Assembly (NCBI RefSeq): GCF_009914755.1
Contig: NC_060947.1
Reading direction: 5' to 3' (one strand)
Source of the DNA: the human T2T-CHM13v2.0 reference genome, Homo sapiens
Length of the DNA: 64,000 nt
Positions within the stretch are counted from its first letter, which is position 1. Every line of letters begins with the position of its first letter. Below are positions 14,091-27,029 of this stretch, one piece after another. The position numbers and the translations under genes are program-made. The notes under the pieces were generated by a model. That model searched no databases, was not told the origin of the DNA, and saw only the letters and a program-made list of their open reading frames with translations.

Positions 14091-15581
14091 TTAAGAACAA
14101 CAACCATATGTACCCACCACTTTCTGCATCTTTGTTCTCCCTTAGGGATGTTCCTTTTCCATGTCCTGCCTGTATATCTGCTCTCAGGAAAAGATCTAGG
14201 AAAGCTACCATTTGTTAGGTAACAGGGAAAACTGTGAGGGGTAGGGTGCAATGCCAGGGAGGGCCTCCTCTGCTTTCCAAGACCAGTTAGCATTTTTAAC
14301 AAGAAAGAAACACAATAAGAAAAATTAGTGGAGTTCAAATAGTGGATTTTCAGACTTCAGCCAGATGGTGAAGGGGGAATTCTGGGGGGTAAGGAAATCT
14401 TCACATTACTCCAGTATGAATGCCTGTTCAATTCCACTTTAATTCATTCCAATTGAATTGAACAGATTCTGAGTAGTCCCCTGCTAAGTGTTTAGAATGT
14501 AGGCATGAAAAAGACAAGGATTTGCCTTCAAGAGGCTCACAACCTACTAGTTTGCAGTCATGTAAGCAACTCATTAAAATAAAACAACACAATACTTGCT
14601 ATGAAAAAGTCTGAGGGAATGTGTGCTGGAAACACAGGAGAATGAGTTATCTATTCTGTCTGGGGGAAACTGGGGGAATTCATGGATCAGGTAGAATTTG
14701 CGATGAGCCTTGAGAAGCAATGAGTATTTCAAAGGATAAAGATATAGGAAAGGGTGGTCAAAATGGTGAGAAGGGTATAAACAAAGGTACCAGGTTATGA
14801 AAGTTAAGAATATATCAGGAGAAGTACACTAGTTTTGTGTGGCTGGAACTCAAAATCACAAGTAGAAAAATTGTGTTTTGTAAATGGAAAGCTAGGCTGG
14901 AGCTAGATCATAAAGGGCACTGAAAGTCCTCCTGTGATTTGTAAGTGAGGAAGATAATTATATGACTAATAACATGTTTAATAACATTGATTTAGCAATT
15001 ATGTGGACTTTGAAATAAAAGGAGTAATACAAGAAGCAGAGGCACAAATAAACAATATTGAGAATTAAAAGGGTCATAACTACAGATGTAGCAGATAATA
15101 AAAAAGATCAGTCAATGCTATGAGTAACTTTACACCCATAAATTTAACAATTTCAATAAGATATCGACATTAGTAGAAAAAAAATTTTTTAATTGACTCA
15201 AGAACATTCTTATAAGCACTAAATTTTTTTAAACTTCCCATTAAGCAAACATCAGTCAAGTTTTACTAAATATTAAAGAAACAGATAATTCCAATCTTAT
15301 ACCAACTCTTCCAGAGAAAACAAGACAAGAATATTTCCCAACTCATTTTATGGAGCTATTCTCACCTTGTCACCCCAAAATAGACAATAACATGAGAAAG
15401 GAAAAATATATACTAGCATAACTTGTGATCATAAATATAAAAATACTAAATAAAATATTAAGAAATGAAATCCAGCAATGTATAGAAAACAAAATAAATC
15501 ATGACCAACTCAGATTAAATCCAGGAATTTAAGTTTCACTTTAAAAGTTCTATGAATGTAAAGTGCCATATTGCTTTAATG

Positions 15582-15803
15582 CAGGGGTGTCCAGTCTTTT
15601 GGCTTTCCTGGGCCACATTGAAAGAAGAAGAATTGTCTTGGGACACACATAAAATACACTAAGACTAATGATTGCTGATGACCTAAAAAAAAAATCACAA
15701 AAAAAATCTCGTGTTTTAAGGAAGTTTACTAATTTGTGTTAGGCCACATTCAAAGCCATCCTGGGCCACATGTGGCTCATGGCCCACAGGCTGGACAAGC
15801 TTG
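15582..15803 (+). mobile_element. MER30 (hAT-Charlie MITE)
   Basis: caggggtgtccagtcttttggct...ggctggacaagcttg; 8-bp TSD ctttaatg/ctttaaag. Confidence 0.9.
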
Positions 15804-15821
15804 CTTTAAAGGATTAAAGGA

Positions 15822-15930
15822 TGAGATCGGGTGCATTCAGGATGGCCCAAACCCTCAGCATCCTACAATATACCCAGGTAACAAACCTACACATGTACTC
15901 CCTGAATTTAAAGGAAAAGGTGGCAAAAAA
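15822..15930 (+). mobile_element. Very short L1PA/PB 3' tail insertion
   Basis: cccaaaccctcagcatc...atatacccaggtaacaaacctacacatgtac; flanked by aaaggattaaagga / aaagggttaaagga. Confidence 0.8.
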
Positions 15931-16630
15931 AAAGGGTTAAAGGAGAGAGAAAAATAAATAAATTACACTATATGATCATCTCAAAAGACGCAGAAGATGC
16001 ATTTGATAAAAGTCAACATCCATTCACAGAATAAAATATTGTAGTATTCCATTTAAAAGTCTAGAAGAAAAGAAGAGTGTCTACTACTCTGATTCAACAT
16101 TGGACTACAGGTCTTAACCAGTGCAGTAAGGCAAAACAATGGAGTAAATGGCATAGGGATCAGAAAGCAAGCAATAAAAGTGTCATTATTTGTAGATGAT
16201 ATCATTGACTATATAGAATAAAAGAATGTTACAAATTATTAGAATTTTATTAAGAGAATTTAACAAGGTTGCCAGAGCCAGGCTTTTAAGTATAGGTAAC
16301 ACTCTATTTCTCAAGCTATATGGTAAATACATGGGAGTTCATTTTATTTTTTCATTATAATTATTTTTAATCTTCATGGATGTGTCATATGCACTTTTTG
16401 AATGCATCTTTCACCATAAACATTAGAAACACACACACACACAAACAAAAAGTTTGGAGGCAGAAAGATGAGTGTTATGCTCTACTATTTCAGGCGAGGG
16501 AGAAAAGGGTGTGAAACAGATCAGTGACAGCGAGCATGGGCCAGGTTAGGGCTCTTAGAAGAAGCCCATGACCCCCACCTCTGAGCTCAGAAGGGGATGG
16601 AGAGAGCGAGAGGGATCTGAATAGGGTAGC

Positions 16631-17300
16631 ACATCTGTTTTGTTTTGTTTTTTGACTTTTTAATAATGGTCATTCTGACTGGTGAGATTTCTGAAAGAAC
16701 TAAAAATCGAACTACCATTTGACCCAGTAATCCCCCTACTGGGTATATACCCAAGGAAAAATAAATAATTCTACCAAAAAGACACATGCACTTGTATATT
16801 TCTCACAGCACTATTCATAATAGTAAAGACGTGGAATCAAACTAGATGCCCTTCAATGGTGGATTGGTACATATATATCATGTATATATTGGTACATATA
16901 CACCATGGAATACTACACAACCGTAAAAAGAAATGAAATCATGCCTGTTGTAGCAACATGGATGCAGCTGGAGGCCATCATCCTAAGCAAATTAATGTCC
17001 AAACAGAAAACCAATACTGCATGTTGTCACTTGTAAGTGGAAGCTAAACGCTGGGTACGCAGAAACACAGAGATGGGAACAATAGGCACTGGAGACTCCA
17101 AAAGTAGGGGAGGAAGGGAGAGGGACAAAGATTGAAAAATTACCTATTAAGTACTATGTTCACTATTTGGGTGATGGGTTCAATAGAACCCCAAATCTCA
17201 ACATCATGCAATATACCCATGTAACAAATCTGCACATGTACCCACTGAATCTAAAATTTAAAAAGAAAAGAATGAACAGCAAAAATAAACAAAAATAAGG
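16631..17300 (+). mobile_element. L1PA/PB 3' end with inverted 5' segment (16631-16688)
   Basis: Sense L1 from gaactaaaaatcgaactaccatttgaccc to A-rich tail; preceded by antisense acatctg...gactttttaataatggtcattctgactggtgaga. Confidence 0.9.
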
Positions 17301-17643
17301 CAAGACAGAGCCACTCTTCACCTATCTAGCAATGAGGACTCCCCTGAGTTAGCAACCTTTGCCACAGAGCGTCATTCCTGACAGCCTGCTCCCTCTGTAC
17401 CCCTGCTAGGAGAAAATGGGAGCTGATCTCTTATGGCCCCCATGGCTACAAATGATGGTCTCATCTCACCTCGGTTTGCTTCCTCTGGCCACTCCCTGCC
17501 TATGGACACACGCATCTTAGCCATGGCCTAAAATAACGTAGCCAAATGAATCAAACAAATATGCATTTACTGGGTCTGACTAACCTAGCCTCACATAGAA
17601 TAAAAGTTAGAAATAACAACCTAATTATAAGAACAGAACTTAC

Positions 17644-17715
17644 TTAAACTATCTATTAAAAGCATGGCAACCTGTCGAGTTGCTATCCACAACTGGTTCT
17701 GTCTGAGGCTTGTGG
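17644..17715 (-). other. Candidate 72-nt internal exon
   Basis: Minus strand: cctcttcaccactattctctgcag|CCACAAG...GTTTAA|gtaagt; long U-tract upstream (plus-strand A run ~17748-17790); non-repeat sequence. Confidence 0.55.
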
Positions 17716-18406
17716 CTGCAGAGAATAGTGGTGAAGAGGTTTCTATCTCAAAAAAAAAAAAAAAAAAAAAGAAAGAAAAGGAAAGAAAAAACAAAAACTC
17801 TACTTGCTAAGCCTCAATACTGGCTGGACAGTTGTTAGAGTACTGACAAACGTAGGTAGGATCAATGGTTGTCCTTTTGCTTCATGCAGGACCAATGACC
17901 AGGCCCTGGTCACAAGGTACTTCAACTTTCTGCCCTTGAGCCTTTATGTTACTGTCCTCTCCCCTGTCCTTGTCTCTGGTTCTCACCTATGAATTGAAAG
18001 AAAAGAGAACCAATCCAAGGGTATATCAAAGTCTGCTCCAAAGAACTGTAGCTGAGGTGGGGAGGAGGAAGGAAAACTCTGAATTCTCCATCAACATCTC
18101 AAGCACAGCAACTACAATTTGACCTGTTTGAAACACTAAACTTTACATAAGATTTCAGAGAGAATTTTTTTAATTACTGTTAGAAGAAAACAAAGCAAAA
18201 CAAACCTTAAAAGGTGTGAAAACTGCTACATTAGTAGACTTCTGGTCATAAAAATGGCGATTTATTTTTAGATTAGTTAAGTCCAGAACCATAGCCTGAA
18301 ATACTGGTGGCAGCAACTGAGAGGCAGAATTGAAAGTGATCAGGGCCCACCCACAACCCCAAAAATAATGCAATGGCCATGTGGGTCATCCTTCCCATTA
18401 CTGGGG

Positions 18407-18413
<7 letters not shown>

Positions 18414-18458
<45 letters not shown>
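18414..18458. repeat. (CA)n microsatellite
   Basis: ~22 CA units. Confidence 0.98.
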
Positions 18459-18460
<2 letters not shown>

Positions 18461-18928
18461 AACACATGTTCAGTAACCGCCAGGGAGGCAAAATAACTTC
18501 TCTGGGGCTGGAACTCATTGTAATAGTATGGCATCAGAAAGATTAGGTATGACCTGGAATTTGCAAAGCAGATGGCCCCAGCTTGGAACATTGCTTTACC
18601 ATGTACAACAGGCCACAAACCAAGGACACACGAGCAGATTAAGGAGGCGAGGTAAAGCTATCAAATATGTACCTCAGGAAGAACATGTTAGCACTTAAAA
18701 GTGAGAGGAATGGAGAGATGGTGGGAGAGAGAGAGGAGGGAAGGATGGAGAAAGGGAAAGAGAGAGGGAAGGAGAAGAGTAGAGACGATAATAGGCAGAT
18801 ATGAACAAGAATGAGAGGCTCTGTGCAGCACTGACTATAAACAACACTAGGAATTTGATCTGAAGCCCAAACCCCAAAAGATGATCAACTCAGGGAAAGG
18901 CAGACTACCAACTGAAAAAAAAACTTAC

Positions 18929-18963
18929 GTTTAAAGGACCATGATGAGAACTCTTCAGTGGAG
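18929..18963 (-). other. Candidate 35-nt internal exon
   Basis: Minus strand: cgctttttatcgtctttgttgtattgtag|CTCCACTG...TTAAAC|gtaagt. Confidence 0.6.
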
Positions 18964-19417
18964 CTACAATACAACAAAGACGATAAAAAGCGTTTTTCCT
19001 TTGAAAAATGTGGAAACCTGCAAATGATAGGATTCCTCCACTAGCCAAGAAAGGTGAAAAGCTTTGTAATAATTACCACTTTCTTGAAAAGTAAAAGCTC
19101 AGAAGCCAAGCATCACATTCAAGAAGACATCACAGCATTCCCAGGGCCTCGGTTCACGGATGCAATCTCTTGTATTCTAACAGGGAAAGCGGGATCACTA
19201 ACCTTACGTGGTCCCGTAGGTGGTTTTCTATGTGGTCCACTTTCCATGGCCCAAGTATAAGAAATGGATATACTATTAATATCATCCATTATCTACTCTT
19301 CTCCTGTGATACCATGAATGAATAAAGGCAGTTGCTATGGCTTAGCATCTCAAAAAGACACAAAAAATCAAGCAAGAAGAGCAATCATTTGTAAGGGTGA
19401 GATGCTCTGAATGTGTC

Positions 19418-19499
19418 CAGTACTCAAATATGACTTATGCCCATTTAAATTGAACAAGTTCATCAGGGACTGATGGGCATAAGTCATATTTGAGTACTG
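19418..19499. repeat. Perfect inverted repeat, 27-bp arms, 28-nt loop
   Basis: cagtactcaaatatgacttatgcccat (19418-19444) / atgggcataagtcatatttgagtactg (19473-19499). Confidence 0.97.
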
Positions 19500-20569
19500 A
19501 AAAAACTTTGCTGCTGAACCATTAATGCACTGGACTCAGAGACCCAATTCTGACTGCTGCTGAGAAGCTGCTATTAGTACCAAAGGCCATACTCTCCTCA
19601 AAGCCATTCTGGCAAAAAGCCAATAGTCTACTATCCCTCCACAGATTATTAATATTATGGTTTCGTTAGAAATCAATAAATCTACTTTTTAATCATCCTT
19701 GAAGCCAACAGCTACTGAATAGTCTGCTGCAAATACCTAAAAACCTGTGTGATTTATCTTACTGCTATTCCAACTACAGCATTTGTTTTTAAACACATTT
19801 TGTTGTTTGTGGTTTATAATCAGACTTGGTATTATATTTTTACGTGTGAAACAGATTTGCAATTTTGAAAAAGAATATTCGACGGATTGGGTATTATTTT
19901 GCCTTTCACAAAAACTAAAAGAACTATCATACTTGGAAAATAAAAATTTGAATTTGAGGAAGTATAAAATCTTTATAATAAATATTAAATATGTCTGCAA
20001 TTAAACGAATAAATAAAGGCCTCAATCTATCCCCTTTCACACTGTAGTAAGTGAAAATACAGATTTTTAAATCAGGACTTCATCGAATTGTATAATGTCC
20101 TTGCCTTTCCCTTTGATAAATATAAACATATTACAAAGCCACACAACCATTTCAATATTATGCAACTATTTGTTTCCTTCTAACAGCTGTCCCAATGGTG
20201 GTTAAGACCAGCGTCTACACTCTTTCTTAGAGAATTTGAGTCGATGTGGAGGACTGGGCTGGGAGAATGGCTCCACAAGAAAACTTGAATGTCTTTGTCT
20301 CTCTCCTTCTCTTTGCCTCTCTCCTTTGTGCTTGGCTAACCTCACCCATCCTTTAAGGTCTAGCACCAGCCTTCCTTCATCTAAGAAGTTGTCATGACTT
20401 TTTTCAAAATTTCTATGACATTTATAATCCCCACCACAATACAGTATCTTATAGTTCTTCTAGTTGTTTGTGTATGTGAATCTTCTCCTCCCTATTGTTT
20501 TATAGCATGATAATTATTATAAAACAGCCTGCTGAGGCCCCAACATACACAAATATCATGGTAAGGAAA

Positions 20570-21000
20570 ATAAATTTGTGCTTGGAGACAGAAGTTTTAA
20601 TTTTAACATCCCTGCTTTATTACTTACTATGAACGTGGCTCTGGAAAAAATACCAAACTTGTACGAACCTTAATTTCCTCATCTGCAAAATGAGAATGAT
20701 GCTGGGTGATGACAAAGGAGGAAGAGGAAGAGAAGGGACAGGATGAGCAAAAAAAAAGTCATTGTCAGCACAGCATTGTGGAAATTGCACTTTGGCATCA
20801 GATAGACCTAAGCTCTATTACTTACTTGCTGAGACACCAAATATAAGTTATTTAGGATCTCTGAGTCTGTTTCTTCTTTGATGAAACTGGAATAACAGCT
20901 CCTACCCTGACGTCTTTTCTTGTTAACAAATGTAAGGATGTAGTAAAAGACCCAGCACATAACAATGCCTAGGACAAATGATAGGGATTACTCTTATACT
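20570..21000 (+). mobile_element. Two MIR fragments
   Basis: ttcctcatctgcaaaatgaga; tctctgagtctgtttcttc. Confidence 0.7.
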
Positions 21001-21614
21001 AATGATCATGATAATAAGTCATACTTGATCCCTGGCCTCAAGAGGTTCCCAATCCACCAAAGAAAATGAGATAGAAAAGCAGCCCCATCTCATTGTGCAG
21101 CCCCACATGCTGACGGCCAAATGGGCCGTACAGACGGTGAGAGGCTTAGGGGATGAAAGGGAAGGGAGAGCTAGCTGAAGGCCGCAGCAACGTGGAAAGG
21201 CTCCATGGACAAGCAGGGTTTAGAAGGGCCTGACTTAGCCATAAAACAGAAAGGCATTTCAAGGAGGAGAAACAGAGTCTAGATAAGACAATGAGAAACA
21301 TATTTGAAGAATGATGCCTAGATCCATGTAAATATAAGAGAGAGTTTGTGTTGAGGATCTTGGGAGATAAGGCAGGGTAAGGACAAGGGCTCAGTAAAGC
21401 ACAGTTCCCTTGCCATTCCTTCCCCAGTATAAGTGCTCACTCCATGCCTTGCACTTTCCCACAATAAAATCCAAACTCAAAAGTTTAAACAGTGTCCTAG
21501 AGGCAATAAGAAACCAGTGATGACTTCTAATTGGAGGGAAGACATAATGAGAGCTGTACTTTCAGAAAATTAATCTGAGAGTGCTGTGCAGAATCTAGTT
21601 AAGAGGCTGGTTAG

Positions 21615-22092
21615 TTCATAATGTCCAAAAGATGGAAACAACCCAAATGTCCATCAACTAATGGCTGGATAAACAAAATGTAGCATGTCCATACAATGGA
21701 ATATTATTCAGTCATCAAACGGAATGAGGTACTGATACGTGCTACATGTGAGAATTATAAACAGTACTAAGGCTAAGTGAAAGAAGCCAATCACAAAAGG
21801 ACACATATTATAAGTCCACCTATGAAAGTCCAGAATAAGCAAATTCATTCAAACAGAAAGCAGATTAGCAGTTGCTTAGGGCTGGTGGGGAGGGAAGTCA
21901 CAGTGAACAGGGATAGTGGCATGATAGCTGAAGGGTTTGGGCTTCTTTTTTGACATGTTAATGTTCTAAAACTGACTGTGGTAATGGTGGCAAAATTCTG
22001 TGAATATACTAAAACCATTGAATTGTATGCCTTAAATGGGTGAATTGTATGGTACTATATGTGAATTATATCTCAATATAGTTGTTTTTAAA
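21615..22092 (+). mobile_element. L1MB-type 3' end
   Basis: ggaaacaacccaaatgtccatcaact...ctaagtgaaagaagccaatcacaaaagg...gtgaattatatctcaat. Confidence 0.85.
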
Positions 22093-22279
22093 AGAAACAG
22101 TTAAGAGCTACTGCAGTTATCCAAGTGTGAATTACTGTAGGCCTGAGACTGAGAATTGAATAACATGGGAGAGGGAGAAGTGAGAACACATTCTCAGAAC
22201 TAGACTGAAAGGAAGATGGAGATAATGTCTGCTTTAGAAAGGCAGGCTCCTTGTGCCTTCTAGAACCTTAAACAGGGAT

Positions 22280-22545
22280 GATAGTGTGGCAGAGTGGTAA
22301 ACAGCAGACTTTATTATCACCCAGCATGAGCTTCAGATCTGCCTCGGCCACTAAGTAACAGTGACCTGGAACAAGTCACTGAGCCTCTTTGAGCCTCAAG
22401 TTTCTCATCTGCAAAATGGCGGCAATGGTAGTATCTGCCTCATAGAGTTGTTGTAAGAATTGGATGATAAAAATGTATTAATGTTGGGTAAAATGCCTGA
22501 CACATAGGAGATCTTCAATAAATGTTAGCCATAATGATCATCATT
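22280..22545 (+). mobile_element. MIR (near full length)
   Basis: gtgacctggaacaagtcactgagcctctttgagcctcaagtttctcatctgcaaaatgg...aataaatgttagc. Confidence 0.85.
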
Positions 22546-22926
22546 ATCATTATTCATAAATACTTTTGAACAAACATGGACAATAATAGAGAGGGTGAAG
22601 CTTTAAATTCAGAGGAGCAGTCTGTAGGGCCTGGTATTTGATGAAACCTAGGCTGGGACTTCTTGTCATTGTCATTGGAATACATATTAGCTGATGGAAC
22701 TTCACTGCCCAAAATAGCTTTTAAGCTGGGTTTCCAAGCAGAAGAGTGAAACTTAATAGCCAGTCTATCAGTAAGAAATACCCTCAGAGAAATGTGGCCT
22801 TTGGCTACCCAAAGGTAACCAGGAATATTGGGCAGCACTGGACTACTCTGCCTTTACTCAGGCTTGGCCATTTCCTGCCTGCCAGATAAAAAGAGAATAC
22901 ATATCCCAAAGCAGTCATAAACAGGC

Positions 22927-23288
22927 TGTCTTAGTCTGTTCAGGCTGCTATAACATAGTACCATAGACTAAGTGGCTTATAAACACCATAAATGTATTTC
23001 GCACAGTTCTGGAGGCTTGAAGACGAAGATCAGGGTACCAACGTGATCAGATTCTGGTGAGGGCCCTCTTTTAGGTTGAAAACAAACAACTACCCCTTGT
23101 AACCTCACATGAAGGAAAGGCAGGGAGCTAGCTCTCTGCTCTATTCCTATAAGGGCACTTAATCCCATTCATGAGGGCTCAATCCACATGACTCAATCAC
23201 CTCCCAAATGCCTCACTTCCTAATAATTTCACATTGAGGGTTAGATTTTAACATATGAATTTGTAGGGGAGACAAACATTCAGTCAAA
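22927..23288 (-). mobile_element. MLT1A-like MaLR solo LTR
   Basis: tgtcttagtctgttcaggctgctataaca...cacagttctggaggc...acaaacattcagtc. Confidence 0.85.
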
Positions 23289-26200
23289 CTCCACTCCTTT
23301 TACAGAGAAAGTCTGTCAACCCCTAATTTAAGTTATATTGAGCCTGCAACTGTGTCCTTTATAATTTTCCATTTCTTTCAAGTTTTTTTTTTCATTTTAA
23401 AATCGTTATTCTTCTTCATTGTATTTTACCAAGACCATTGCTAATACCAACACTGGTTTTCAGTAGGACATAGGATCAATTCCCTATCTGGCCAACTCTC
23501 ACCTCAGGTATAAAGAGTCGTGGAACTCAGGGCTGCTGGATGCTTTGAAAGATAAGGCCTGTTTACAATTCATTCCATACCCTCAATGGCCATGCTACAA
23601 TTGACATCTATAGACCATGAGGTGCTGTGTGTAGCAGACACAATGTGGTATGGAGGAACAGGTGCTGAGTGGGAACCTAGGCCTTTCCACTAACTTTTTT
23701 AATAACTCAGGGAATTTTTTTTTCTTTCTAGACCACAGAGTCCTCTTCTGGTTGCAACCTAAGATTCTTTATGTTCTCGTCTGACCTCATGATGCAGGTT
23801 CCAAATTCTATAGAATATAAACTACCAGAATCTACCTTCATGCTCACGAACTCCTATCCTGAAGTCAGGCAGGCCTGGATGTAAACCATCACACTGGTAT
23901 TTGGCCTGCTCTCAAACATCAGATACATGACTTAACCTCTTAAAGACATAGTTTCTTCATCTGTTAAATAGTGAGGATCCAATAAGATGGGGCATATAAA
24001 GCAACTAGCACAGGTTGGGACACATAGTAAGCAAACAATAAACAAGTAATTATCAGCACTATTACTAAATATTCACTATTTATTTAGTAGATATCTAAAT
24101 GACATCATCATCTTTTTAGAATACATTATGTTAACACTACAATACTTTAGAATGCATTCCTGGCTGGCATGTCTAGAAAAAATTACATAAAAGAACCTAA
24201 ACTTTTAGAATTGATAGATTAGAAGAGATTACAATAGGGCTTTTTTCTCTTACCAAATAATTCATCACAGGTTTCCTGCAAAAAGTAAACTTCCCTCAAG
24301 AAAATATTATTCAATTCTTTAAGATCACTTCCATTGTGTAAAAACATATGGTATGCTTGATACAGATTGTGGAGAGGCATTTGGTTGACTTCTGTTGGCA
24401 ATAGCAGCATTCCAGAGATAGAGTGACACTGCATGGGAATGCTAATCCTGTACATTTGCAAACTGAGGCTAAAGCAAACCTGTGCTTCTAATGCAAAAAT
24501 CTCTGAGTAGCCATCCTAAAATGAGTCCCTCCCATGTACATGACAGGCATCTTCCAGCTGACAGAGCACATTCCACACACAGAGGCGCCCTTAAGCCTCC
24601 TGGCAACTCCACAGAGGCAGTCAAGATTGATTATGCTCATTTGTCAAATGACTCAACAGAGCCACAGAAAAGTTGGGTGACTTACCCAAGGCCATCCAGC
24701 TGGGCAGCCACAGAGTTGGCGTTTAAAGTTCAGTGTTACTCTTGTCACTATACCTTCTGCATAGTTTTGTTCCATTCCAATGTCATGAATTTCTGAAGAA
24801 AAGTTGGGCTTTGCTTGCAGGAGCCCAGAGTTTTGCAATTTCCTGCTGACTATGGTCTTACTGACCCTGCATTTATAAATTTTTAGTGCTGGATAGAGTA
24901 CCAGCCTTCACAGATGGAATGGGAGCACAGAATAATGGATTTGGGCCTCCGAGATGTTTATCCTCATTATTGTTTCTAGTAGCTGATTTAAATATTTTAA
25001 TGAATCATTTTCTTGTGCTTAAGCTCAGAGAATATGTGAGCAAAGACAGTGACTTCTAAGATCTAGTTAGGATTCCAAATGTACCAATGAAAATACTACA
25101 TAAAGTTCAAATGTAGTTTTGACATTCTTTACAAAGGGGTTTTAAACTCTTCATAGCCAAGTGTGTAAGAGTCTAGATTTGCCTATGCAACCAGTGCCAT
25201 GAGGGCCAGAGAGGAGACCAAGAAGATTCTAAGAAACTAGGGGGAAGAAAGCAAGAGTGTCTGATCAGCATCTCTGTAAGGCCACTATTACCCCCACTGA
25301 ACAGATGAGGAAAGCGAGCCTCCGGATATCTCCGGAAGGCTTCAGAAGCTTGTAATTATCCTTTGTGCCAAAGCTATGCTATTTTTTTTTCATTGTTTCA
25401 TACTTTTAATATGTATGAGACCCTGGGGATATAAAAGTGATTAAGACACAGTCCTGTCCTTAAGGAGTACACAATAAAGTAGGGAGGAGGGGTGTGAACA
25501 AGTAAATTGACAAGTATGATAACGTGTGATGAAGAGTGGCAACATGCTAGCCACTATTATAAGAGGCACCTGGCCCCTGGTAATAATGCTTATAGAGTAA
25601 GTTAATGCCTAAAATTATGGTTGTGAGAGTAGAAGCATATTGTGACTTGCTCCTTTAAGATGGCTTTCCCTGAAACAAAAGCAACTGGTTATTTATCATG
25701 AATACACTACATGCAAGAAACCTTTTAAATAGCCCAGGCAACAAAATGAAGTAGACCCCACAGATGGAAAGTAATCAGAAAGCCTTAGGTCATTGATAAA
25801 ATATGCTGATCCTGAAATATTCATCCTTCATTGCTGAAAAGAGAAGGATCAGGTTATGAAAGCTGACCTCTCAGGCCATCTGCCAGGGCTAAGTGAATAT
25901 TGTGAAGAACAGTTCAAAATAAATATTTATGAAAGTAACTGAAGAATGAGAGAAATATGGAGGAAAGGAGGGAAAGGAGAGAGGGAGGAAAGGGAGAGAA
26001 GAAGATGCAAGAGGGATGACTTTGACCCCTCTTGGATTATGAGACTAGTTCATGATCGGATATTCAGACCCTCAAAATATAAAATATTAACTGACAGAAG
26101 GATATTGAACAGAAGGAAAAGATGATGGTGATGATCACAATGATGAGAAGGAAGAGGAGAGGAGAGGCAGCAGTGGCGGTAGTGATGGTTTTATTGGATA

Positions 26201-27029
26201 TCTAGGATTATTTCAATTAATTCATGAAAATACTGTAGTGAAGCAGCAAAAGTAAAAAAAGAAAAAAAAAATGTGGATTCAAGTCTTGGCTCTGCCACTC
26301 CCTAGCTGTCCATATCAGGCTTCAGTTTTCTCACCTTTAAAATGAAATAATCCTATCCTACCCACCAGGAAGACTGTGAAGACCAAATGAGATGATGGAA
26401 GTGAAGAGCCCATGTAAACTCTAAAAAGTACCACTCAGAAGTTAGTTATCATTTTTCATAATTGTATTTTCAATGATGGAACACTGTTTGCCTTTGACAT
26501 AATGCAGTTTTGAAGTCCCTCGTGAGTTATAGATCTCAGTAAGGTACGGATTTCTTGTTGTTTCCACATCAAATAAGACACAGAAACCTATGTAAGAAAA
26601 TATATTCCAAAGGTCAACAGTCCCAAATTTAGAGGGTCCAGATCACTGGAAGTTCTAAGCTATGGGCAGTCTTATAAATGCCTTAGTCAGGCATCTGATG
26701 CAACCCTAATGTCTCGAAACCCCAGCTCTGCCCGGGCAGCTGACATAGAAGAGTGCTGTGTCTGATTGACTGGGAGGCAGAGGCACAGAGGAAAAAACGT
26801 AAGAGACTCAGCTATAAGAAGATACCAATTAAGACCATGGTCAACATTTTACTTTATCATTCTTACAAAAGTCATACAAGCCCATGACAGAAAAATCTCA
26901 GAATATACATGAGAAAATAAAATCAACTAAAATATGTCGTAGCTGTACTACCTATAGACAACCATGGTTAATACCCTCTAGTGTGTATTCGAAGTTCTCA
27001 TTCTGTGTTGTATGCATGGATTTTTATAT

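Larger units (their letters stand above)
15030..16275 (+). mobile_element. Old L1M ORF2 fragment with nested insertions
   Basis: gaaacagataattccaatcttataccaactcttccagag, cccaactcattttatg, gatcatctcaaaagacgcagaagatgcatttgataaa, ttatttgtagatgatat (degenerate FADD region). Confidence 0.8.

Noticed and set aside
17748-17795. Orphan poly(A) as the tail of a retro-insertion
   Set aside because: No convincing TSD or element body; better read as a U-rich tract upstream of the minus-strand acceptor at 17716.
25317-25351. Small palindromic patch gcctccggatatctccggaaggcttcagaagctt
   Set aside because: Short and imperfect, at the end of a MIR-like fragment; not distinguishable from chance.
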